Shown here piece by piece: positions 54,372-64,000 of a stretch of 64,000 bases of DNA. The stretch is taken from NCBI RefSeq assembly GCF_006345805.1, contig NC_042998.1:102176001-102240000 (forward strand). The letters are read 5' to 3'. Within the stretch, counting starts at the first letter, position 1. Each line of letters begins with the position of its first letter. Origin of the DNA: Octopus sinensis. Taxonomy: Eukaryota. A program made the position numbers and the translations under genes. Under the pieces are notes generated by a model that saw only the letters and a list, made by a program, of their open reading frames with translations, did no database searches and had not been told where the DNA came from.

Positions 54372-54920
54372 TAATTCTCATCTCACTAAATTTATCCAGC
54401 TATTGTGTATCTAGTACACTCTTCGCCTTGAATGTAATGATATATGTATAATATATGGCGTGTACTGGTACACCGGCGATTATAATTAATTTTATTGTAT
54501 CGCATTTATCTTTGTTTACATATTCTCTCGATAAATTTCTGACCGTTAGACGATATACCACAATCCCCTATTTTGTCGGGTTTGTTCGGAGTCTGCGCAG
54601 TGTTTTGAATAGTTTAGAAAGAGCATTTCGATAGACGCACATGGATCTATTGGTATGGTCTTTCCATCGTTAACAGGAATCTTACTGAAGAGCCAGCCTG
54701 AGTAAATAAATACTATTTTTATTACTGAATTTGGCGAAACTGCAGTATAAGAAAAGTTAAGTTTGTAAAAGTTTTTAATTCTCATCTCACTAAATTTATC
54801 CAGCTATTGTGTATCTAGTACACTCTTCGCCTTGAATGTAATGATATATGTATAATATATGGCGTGTACTGGTACACCGGCGATTATAATTAATTTTATT
54901 GTATCGCATTTATCTTTGTT

Positions 54921-54922
<2 letters not shown>
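54372..54922 (+). mobile_element. Retrozyme-like element: 404-nt unit plus perfect 147-bp direct repeat
   Basis: 54372-54518 is identical to 54776-54922; a hammerhead lies between them; TA-repeat flanks. Confidence 0.85.
54680..54752 (+). ncRNA. Type I hammerhead ribozyme motif, canonical core
   Basis: tctta-CTGAAGA-gcca...tggc-GAAA-ctgcag-TA-taaga; predicted cleavage after 54747. Confidence 0.9.
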
Positions 54923-54952
<30 letters not shown>

Positions 54953-55380
54953 ATATATATATAAATTGAGATAGGGGTTGTAAATGCAACCCCCCATGGG
55001 ATAACATATATCCAATATACTGCTAGTGAAGTACCCAACAAAGTTAATACGTAAATGTTAAGGATTGGGATGCAATCAATTCATTTACTGTATTATATGT
55101 GCAAAGGTAAAATGAGTTACCACAAATTACTAATACAAGATAAGAAAATGGAGAAATCCATCTAAATCAAATATCAATTACCAGATAATACTCAATCACA
55201 TACTTTATTAAACCACCACATAAGAGACTGTAGGGTTAAACATAAAAAAGCAGAACAAATCAGTGTACATAAAAGAATGTACATAAAAAAGTGTACATAA
55301 AAGAGTAATGTTGTATAATAAGTAGAATATATATAAAAAAGAGAATATACATATAAGTAAATATAAATATAAGTAAAGAT

Positions 55381-55513
55381 TACATCTTACAGCTGTTTCG
55401 GCCATGTAGATAAGTATGTCTCATTTTACCAATATTAGCCTTTTATGGTAGGTCAATATATAGATATAAATGAGACATTTACAAAAATATCACAAGGCCT
55501 CCTCGGAGATATA
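55381..55513 (-). ncRNA. Type I hammerhead ribozyme motif (U4C variant, 92-nt helix II extension)
   Basis: Minus strand reads tatatct-CCGAGGA-ggcc...ggcc-GAAA-cagctg-TA-agatgta. Confidence 0.75.
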
Positions 55514-57103
55514 CATATACATATGAGTGCATATACTTACACTCCTATACATATAAAAATATACATATACATAATAGTGTAAATAAATAATATAAATTAG
55601 TAACATATATACGTACCATATTCAATGTTTCAGTTCTTCAACTTAATATTGTGATAATAAACATACACATATTAGTACCTAGATGCAAATATACATAGTC
55701 AATAGTACATTATATTACTTCCTATTAATTTCCAAAGTGATATTAAAGTTAGCATCATTATCGTTGTCAATACCATTAATGCTACCATTATTATCATTCA
55801 TAATATCATTAATAACGCTTACATTAGGATCCAAATTGGCACATATGTATGTCCGGGTTCCAGTTAGTAATTTACTTTATGACATAAATACACTATTGGA
55901 TATGAATTTAAATTATCATTGTCTTCATCATGGTTGGTCCGTTGAGAGCCGCCCGACCTCCACCACACCGCACAAGAAAAGCATACACATCCACATCCAA
56001 CCCTAAACCCACACGTCGACATAAATACCCACACACACATGCACACACACATGAATACACCCCGACACAACTCAACACATTCACTAGATTGCAGAGCGCA
56101 TGTCTGTCATCGCATGGCTTATAGACAAATCAGTACAGGCAGCAGTGTCTATACATTAACACACACACTCACACGCACATCCGCATATACTCTCATAATA
56201 CTCAATATTAATACACTCTCATATACTATATCAGGGAAAATTCGGACACACATATATACATATTTAAATATATGTCTGCGCACTCATACGTACAAATAAA
56301 ACCTATACTTATATCCACCCATGAATAAATATTTGCATATACATATATAAATATCCAAATACGCACCTGCGTACTCAAATGTATAAGAAAAACATACATA
56401 CGTACATCCACCCACGAACATACCTATACGTACAAAAACATACATACGTACACATACACATTTTCACACACCTCGACACCTCAACGTACATCCACTAAAT
56501 CATAAATTAAAATATATGTCTGCCCATCCAAAGATGTATATATACATACACAAAAAGTAAACAGAAATTATTATTAACTTAGATATAGGTTCATTAATTA
56601 TAAATTAGATTAAATTGATTATAAGTTAGCAAGTGCCAAATAGACAAAAATAAATAATTATATATATATATATATATATATCCATGTATAGATAAATAGA
56701 TAAATAAAATGTAATACAAATTAAGAAGAGCACAAAGATAAACCTAATATAGTAAATATAATTGGATACGCCGAAATGCACGCACATGCACATACATGTG
56801 CATGCACGCCCCCGCACAGACAGAATAATGGTAGCATTTATGGTATTGACAACGATAATGATGCTAACTTTAATGTCACTTTGGAAATTAATAGGAAGTG
56901 ATATAATGTACTATTGACTATGTATATTTGCATCTAGGTACTAATATGTGTATGTTTATTATCACAATATTAAGTTGAAGAACTGAAACATTGAATATGG
57001 AACGTATATATGTTTACTAATTTATATTATTTATTTACACTATTATGTATATGTATATTTTTATATGTATAGGAGTGTGAGTATATGCACTCATATGTAT
57101 ATG

Positions 57104-57236
57104 TATATCTTCGAGGAGGCCTTGTGATATTTTTGTAAATGTCTCATTTATATCTATATATTGACCTACCATAAAAGGCTAATATTGGTAAAATGAGACA
57201 TTCTTATCTACATGGCCGAAACAACTGTAAGATGTA
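57104..57236 (+). ncRNA. Degenerate copy of the same hammerhead
   Basis: tatatct-TCGAGGA-ggcc...ggcc-GAAA-caactg-TA-agatgta; C3 changed to U and the helix III palindrome is broken. Confidence 0.55.
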
Positions 57237-57478
57237 ATCTTTACTTATATTTATATTTACTTATATCTATATTCTCTTTTTTATATGTATTCTACTTATT
57301 ATACAACATTACTCTTTTATGTACACTTTTTTATGTACATTCCTTTATGTACACTGATTTGTTCTGCTTTTTTATGTTTAACCCTACAGTCTCTTATGTG
57401 GTGGTTTAATAAAGTATGTGATTGAATATCATCTGGTAATTGATATTTGATTTAGATGGATTTCTCCATTTTCTTATC

Positions 57479-57542
<64 letters not shown>

Positions 57543-57769
57543 TAGCAGTAATGTATGTCATTGACCGGATAATTACTTTTACAGTTTCTCAGGAGCCACA
57601 TTCCAAATTTTATTATATAAATTACTCCTCCTATATGGGTGTATTTTTATAAGAGATAAATATGTAATAATTGATGTAGGAAAAAGATCAACTTCATACA
57701 TGAACCTCCTGTAAGTGTGTATTTTATAAGAGAAGGTTTCGTGCCAAAACCAATACATCAACTGTGCCT

Positions 57770-58380
57770 CGATAATAACTATGCCAGGCTTTGTTACATG
57801 CTAAAAAACGATGGTTGTCAAAATACAACTCTGTTGTCAGTTTCATCAGACATCAATTACCTGTGTGTATTAAGTGCAATCACACTTTAAGTATTAAAGT
57901 CATAGAGGTTATTCTAAGTACCGTGACCAGCAAGAAATCTTTTGTCATATTTTCCCGCTTTACGACTTCATTCTAAAAGCGGAATTCGCTGATCTCGGAA
58001 CTTTAGAAAGCAACTGTACGGCAAGATAATGGCATGATTTTGTCGTACAAGATTGCTGATTGAAAAGGCCAGTAAGTCCTACACTAAATGAAAAAATTAC
58101 ATTCGCTTGTTATTAAAGATATTCTTTCAAATATAATGCATAACAAGCCTGATGCATTTATCAAGAAAATTCCACTAAAATAATAACACAATTTCTCACC
58201 GTATAGATCAAATGAACACCATAATCTCCAGAGTTCTGAATTTTCCATACAAGTTGACGAAACAACATTTACGGGAAAACAGTGCTTAATGCTGATACAT
58301 GTTAATTTTGTTTTAATGAAAATATTCAACCTTTCCAGGAAATAATTCTCACTTATCATTTGTGTCCTAGGTCAAAAGGT
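57770..58380 (+). mobile_element. Decayed hAT (Buster/Charlie-like) transposase, N-terminal part
   Basis: LPVCIKCNHTLS (BED-finger-like); KKIPL/NNTISHRIDQM; SEFSIQVDETT. Confidence 0.65.
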
Positions 58381-58518
58381 ACATATATTTTAGATTTATT
58401 GAAGGTATTTTAATGAGATTAACACCCCATCGAAAAATACTGTTGCCTCTGCGCCTGATAAATGACTGGTAGATACAGAGGTTTCTTAAAACTTGAACTT
58501 TAGCATCCTCCTTTACTA

Positions 58519-58641
58519 GTTCACTGTGTGGCAACTTGGGCAAGTGTCTTCTACTATAGCCTCGGGCCGACCGAAGCTTTGTGAGTGGATTTGGTAGACA
58601 GAAACTGAAAGACGCCCGTCGTATATATATATATGTATATA

Positions 58642-58718
<77 letters not shown>

Positions 58719-58905
58719 ATGTTTATGTGTGTGTGTCCCCAACATCGCTTGACAACCGATGCTGGAGTGTTTACGTCCCCGTAGCTTAGCTGTTCGGCAA
58801 AAGAGAACGATAGAATAAATCCTGGGGTTGATTTGCTCGACTAAAGGCGGTGCTCCAGCATGACCCCTGTCAATAAGACTGAAACAAATAAAAGAGTAAA
58901 AGAGA
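58519..58905 (+). mobile_element. tRNA-derived SINE, nearly complete
   Basis: Core, internal (TA)n(GT)n, ggcggtgctccagcatg..gactgaaac and (AAAAGAGT)-type tail. Confidence 0.85.
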
Positions 58906-58939
58906 CTAAAATCGAATTCTTGGTCTGAACAAATTTTCC

Positions 58940-59035
58940 GTCAGCTGTGCCTCGATAATGATATCTATGTCAGGCTTCGTTACATGATAAAAAACGATGG
59001 TTGTCAAGATACAACTCTGCTGTCCGTTTTGCAAA
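58940..59035 (+). repeat. Second diverged copy of 57757-57845 (5' region of the hAT remnant)
   Basis: ctgtgcctcgataat..gttacatg.taaaaaacgatggttgtcaa.atacaactctg shared. Confidence 0.6.
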
Positions 59036-59299
59036 TCATCCCCTACACACTTCTCCGATTGCTTCAAAATATGATCCCGCCCCCCAAAAAAAGAAAAGGA
59101 AAGAAGATTTAAGTATGTTATACAGGTAGATACAGGTGGATTGAAAACTTTTTCCATGTGAAAGCGGGCGATGGTGCAAACATTTTGGGGAAACTTGAGC
59201 TAAAGTGTTGATAAGTAAATGAAATCAGTACAAACACCAACATGCTTATATGTGGTTCTAAATATAAAAAGTAGTATTGTGGTCAAATCGAATCGCTGA

Positions 59300-59990
59300 A
59301 CACAAAAGGGAGAAGAGCTTGTGTTCTTTGTGGTCTTTGTTTAATAATTGTGCTGGGTTGTGCGATAGTATTTGTATAGATTCTTTGAAACATACCAACA
59401 CGGAACATTTTGACTCTGATATGGAGGACCAGTATCAGCAGCAGACCAAATCATATGATATGGTATACATTTGTACTTAAGTTTATATATATGGTCATCT
59501 GATAAAGTAGATTTATGGTGTTCGTCGGAATTAAAAGACTCAGGTGGGCTGAGTTTAAAATTAACGGTTTCTCCAATGTAAACTTAGACAGGGTTTAGTT
59601 GTTTGTAAGAGATCGTACACCTACAAACGGCTCTGAATCTTCTACAGTTAGCTTGCAATGGAGAATTAGCATGTAGTTTGAGTTGCAGTTGGAACCGCTT
59701 GATTTAGAATTCTTTTTGTTATGTGTGATAGAATTCTTTTTATTATGTGTGATATTATTACTTTACTAACAAATCTATAATATCTATATACTGGATACAT
59801 TTGGATCCATCAGAGTCATCCTCCTCCTATATGCTATATTCGAGGGTGTTGTCATTATTACAAGCGCTATTATTGTTAGGATAAGCCATATTAGAAGAAT
59901 TGGTGATAGAGGTACTAGATGTCACAATCTCTTGAGAGTTGGCTATTCTAGTCCACCTGATATTGTTGTTGGAGTAAGGATTATTATTAT
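59300..59990 (-). pseudogene. Decayed PLE GIY-YIG endonuclease (Naiad-like), second copy of the 1310-1917 type
   Basis: SPLQANC..AVCRCTIS..VYIGETVNFKL..SFNS..KSTLSD.HIYKLK..IPYHMIWS; shifted frame QILSHNPAQLLNK; Asn/Ser-rich linker upstream; stops and frameshifts. Confidence 0.65.
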
Positions 59991-60029
59991 CATTATTATT
60001 CCTAACATCGGGCTACACGTAACCTTAGA

Positions 60030-60160
60030 TGTCAAAAACCTTTGTAAGTATTCTTCCTAGCTGCCCCTAATAAATCTGTTTTCTGGAGTTGTAATTAACT
60101 TGGTCTTATGCCTATTTCCTTTAACACTCTATTCAAATGTTTAGGGATAGTTTCTAATGC
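60030..60160 (-). mobile_element. R4/Dong-type LINE C-terminal fragment
   Basis: ALETIPKHLNRVLKEIGI..LQKTDLLGAAR. Confidence 0.6.
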
Positions 60161-60181
60161 ACATCATCATCATCATCATTA

Positions 60182-60245
<64 letters not shown>

Positions 60246-60263
60246 ATTATTATTATTATTATT

Positions 60264-60980
60264 CAGTAGTTTTATTTTTATAGCGTGCTTTCACTTCACT
60301 ACCGAGCGCAGCTCTGTGTGCCTTGGTTATGTGCTGTGATTTGTTGTGATGCTCTGATGGTTATTGTATGGAAAGTGTTCTGCGTAGGATGTGTGCAGTG
60401 CCTAGTAGTGCAATTTTCTGTATGTTATATGTGTTTGTAAGTCCTGGCGTTTTTGTTATGTATTTGTCTGAATATTTTTTTATCATGCCTAATGCACCTA
60501 CTATGATAGGAATTGTTTCTGTTTTCAGGTTCCACATTCTAGTTATCTCTATTTCCAGGTCTTTGTATTTTGAGAGTTTCTCCATTTCTTTTAGAGACAC
60601 GTTGTCATCTGCCGGTATTGATACATCAATTAGAAAGCATTTTTTTTCTTCATGATCTCTGACAACTATATCTGGTCTGTTGGCCTTAATTTCTCTATCT
60701 GTGTGTATCGGCATATCCCAGAGTATGGTTGCTTTCTCGTTTTCTGTGACCTTTTCTGGTGTGTGCCTATACCATCTTTTTTCTGTTGTTATTCCATAAT
60801 GTTGGCATAGCTTCCAATGTATGTAGGTTCCAACTCTGTCATGTCTGTGAATATATTCCTTCTTAGCCAGGACTGGGCAGCTAGAGATAATATGATTTAT
60901 TGTTTCTTGTCCATCTCCACACATTCTGCAGTTACTTGTAATAGTTCTTTTCATTACATGTTTTTGGTAATTTCTGGTGG
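60264..60980 (-). mobile_element. Young 5'-truncated R4/Dong LINE with open zinc knuckle + RLE ORF (60361-60954)
   Basis: CRMCGDGQETINHIISSC..RHD..RPD..IDVSIP..KYKDL; nearly identical to 35333-36050; long (TAA)n on both sides. Confidence 0.9.
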
Positions 60981-60996
60981 GGAGGCTTTGGTCTTG

Positions 60997-61070
<74 letters not shown>

Positions 61071-61199
61071 CATCATCACCAGCATCATCATCATCATCAT
61101 TATTATTTTTATTATTATTATTATTATTATTAGTATGTGACTAAAACTCAGCTTATTTTGCTGCGTATGATGGAAAGTGTTAGACGTCCACAGCCAGCA

Positions 61200-61510
61200 G
61201 ACTAAGGTGACACTTGTTTACTGGTCATGCTTCAAGCACCCTGCGAAGAATTCTTGCAGTTCTAAGCAATGTTGATTTTTGTTGGTGTTCTACTTTCACA
61301 CTTGCACCAATTTTTTATCGCCATTTTGGTAGTTGATTGCTGATACTTACAAGTGCACCAATTACTATTGGTATCACGTCTACTCCCCTAATTGACCTAT
61401 CGTATTTCCCACTTCAAATCGTCTTAGTTGTTTATTTTGTCTTCTCCTTACACATTGATCCTGTTGTCAGCGGGTTATGCTATGTCGACCATTGTGCATC
61501 CTGTAGTCAC
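61200..61510 (-). mobile_element. Decayed R4/Dong-type LINE 3' fragment
   Basis: IVDIA*PADNRINV..; QQKSTLLRTARILRRVLEA*. Confidence 0.65.
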
Positions 61511-61546
61511 CTGGGCATGCTATGCCGATTATCATGCAGTTATTGC

Positions 61547-61595
<49 letters not shown>

Positions 61596-63001
61596 GATGA
61601 TGATCATCATCATGGTCATCATTATTATTATTATTATTATTGCTATTGTTGTTATTGTTGTTGGTGGTGATGGTTTTGGTGGGGTATTGTCGTTGTTATT
61701 TTTTCATTTGTCATCGTTTTTCAAATTATATCTATTAATTTCTGCGTATTTGATGCAGCTCTCAATGATCCATTGTTAGGTGTAACCGAATAAGATAATT
61801 TAAGATTGGATAAGCTAAATATTGAGTGGTGCGGCTGTGGAAAATTTGATTTATCAATACCAAAGAAGTGCTTAGATAATCCCTTAACGTTTAAAGGGTG
61901 AGGCTGTGCACCGAAGTATATTTCTCCTTCCACTTCAACTATGTAATTATGAGGGAAAAATATTCAAGTTCCTGCAGGATATCCGGGGATACATATTCAT
62001 CACGGGGAATATCTATCATGTCTTCTCCTGGACTTAGGATTAGGCCTGTGGACTTGTTCCGTGCATTGTTTGTTATGCACGTTCCCTATTTCTAGAGGGG
62101 TAGGTTATGTTCGAGACTAGGATTAGAATCAAAGTGCTCTGTACATAACAGTTACAATTGTGCGTTTGTTTGTACATGAAATTTCTACTGTTTGTTTGTG
62201 CATGTGTGTATACGCAAGGGCAATGTTTTGACTTTTTATTCAATGTAACATCACGCATCATTCTTTACGTTGACACGCTAAGTGAAATCTCATACTACGG
62301 ATAATATTTGTTCCAGCCTCTAAATCCCTTTCTCTTTGTCTCTCTCTCCCTCTCCCACTCTATCTCTCTTCCCTTTCACTTTTTCTCTGTCTCCCTTTCT
62401 GTTACCTCTCCCTTCCCCCTCTCCTTTCCCCCTCTCTTTTTTGCATATCTTGCCTCTCTTATCAGCTTATATCTCTGTTACTTTTTCCGTCTATCCCTAT
62501 CAATTTACCATTTTCTATACTTCTCATTTGTTCTGAGTACTCTTCCTTTTTAACCTCTGTTTCTCTTTATAAACCTTTCAACGTCTATCTTCATTTCCTT
62601 TTTTCTGTGTCTCATTTCTCTCTTTACTTTTTGATATTTCTTTCTCCGCATTCCAGGTCCCTGTCCTCCCGACCACTCTCTGTCTTTCTCTCTGCCCTTC
62701 ACTATCTGCTGTCTCTCTCTCAACCTTCTCCATTTTCGGTTCTTTCCCACTACTTCAATTCTTCCTTTCACTACCCTTCTTTTGTTGACCGCTAGACATT
62801 TCCAGTAATGCTCTATTGAAATCTCGCCTTAGCTCTTACTTTAACTCCAGGTTCATCTTATATTTTCCTCTTTCATTTTATCTTTCTATCTATCTATCTC
62901 TTCTGTTTCCCCGCATTTCTTTCTGTCTCACCTCATTCCTTTTCCAGGTCTGTTGTACACATGTCCTGATTTAATGCTGTCTCCCAGCCAAAAGGTCTCT
63001 T

Positions 63002-63042
<41 letters not shown>

Positions 63043-63149
63043 TCGGGGTGAGTACTTGATAATTATAAGCACCTGTGTATACCGTTTGGTGGTATAGGTG
63101 GTGGAGTAAATTGATCAAAATAAAATAAAAACATGATGCGAAGGATTCA

Positions 63150-63227
63150 GCGGTACATATGTTTCGGGCCTTTATTAGACAGATTTATAACAATGCATAA
63201 TGTATGTCTGTGGCCTTCTTCAGCCGC
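63150..63227 (-). ncRNA. Type I hammerhead ribozyme motif, canonical core, A-C mismatch at the base of helix II
   Basis: Minus strand reads gcgg-CTGAAGA-aggcc...ggccc-GAAA-catatg-TA-ccgc; (TA)n ~115 nt downstream (63006-63037). Confidence 0.8.
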
Positions 63228-64000
63228 GCACAACAGCTTCCACAAGGACATGTGTTACATCAAAAATTCTTGGTTGGGGATGCGAATCCTCTCATTCGCG
63301 TACGACATAATGCGGCAGCAGCATAGAATTGAAGCGTCCATCTCCTTCTTCTCTCAATGTAGAATGAGGAAAACTGGATGTTGAGGTAATGTAAATAAAT
63401 AAATACATATATAGACGTGAAGATGGAGGGGCGAGAATTCGGGACCAGGGATAACAAATGTATAAAAGGTGTAAGTATAGAAACATATAAAAATGTAGAG
63501 CATAAAGATATAAAGAGTTATAAGGAGATGTAAAGGGGGTATAAAGGATATAAAGAAATATAAAGAAATATAAGTAAATGTAAAGGCATAAGGTTATAAA
63601 GTAAAAATAGAAATAGAAATAAGAGTAAAAAAACAGGATGACTCCTTTTCCCTAAATATTTCTTCTCCTACACCCATATCCTCCCTATATAGTCTCTTTA
63701 ATTCCCTATATCTATACCCTTTCACATTTCTAACTCGGATGTTGAACGCACACCGCCAAACTCCACTTCCCACCCTTCCAATTTTCAGTTCCCCCCGCCC
63801 GCCCCTACGTTTAACACACACCTCTAACTTTCAACCACCTTCATCTCATGTTAAATTTTACCAAATTATATTTTTATCTTATTTTATTTTATTTTTATTT
63901 TTACTTTTATTGTTACTTTTATCCTACTTCCATTTTTTTATTTTTACTTTTATTCTACTTCCATTTATTCTCATTTTTATTTTCATCCCTTACCTTAACT

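Larger units (their letters stand above)
54964..57481. mobile_element. Fold-back element with ~655-bp inverted arms, each carrying a hammerhead motif; bounded by (TA)n
   Basis: 55139-55792 is the near-identical reverse complement of 56824-57478; spacer ~1030 bp. Confidence 0.85.

Noticed and set aside
55208-57409. Duplicated 65-aa ORFs (MAET.VRCNLYLYL..) on opposite strands
   Set aside because: A by-product of the inverted repeat; low-complexity sequence overlapping the ribozyme, with no coding evidence.
57750-57850. Minus-strand LYFDN...YRGTV read as piggyBac transposase
   Set aside because: The plus strand of the adjoining region gives several ordered hAT motifs, a better explanation.

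Overview
This is AT-rich eukaryotic, repeat-dominated DNA with dense (TA)n, (TCTA)n, (AAT)n and (CTT)n microsatellites. The SINE families and repeat landscape look like an octopus genome (inference). No host protein-coding gene can be supported; nearly all short ORFs in the track are microsatellite or antisense artefacts. Recognisable mobile elements are: a near full-length GC-rich CR1-type LINE (16.4-20.8 kb, minus), a decayed CR1, many R4/Dong-type (RLE) LINE fragments embedded in (TAA)n, mariner, Chapaev3-like, hAT and Helitron remnants, tRNA-SINEs, and three Penelope-like (PLE) GIY-YIG endonuclease segments. The main observation is a set of six type I hammerhead ribozyme motifs that I could fold by hand (1024-1108, 45093-45164, 54680-54752, 55381-55513, 57104-57236, 63150-63227). 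All have a GUA cleavage triplet, a long helix II and a 6-nt helix III that is palindromic in five of the six. They sit in short elements bordered by (TA)n. One lies downstream of an open GIY-YIG ORF, one in a 404-nt unit with a perfect 147-bp direct repeat, one beside a perfect 58-bp hairpin, and two in a ~650-bp inverted repeat. This looks like a PLE/retrozyme system that inserts into (TA)n. Hammerheads in PLEs are a known class; whether these particular families are described I cannot check here.
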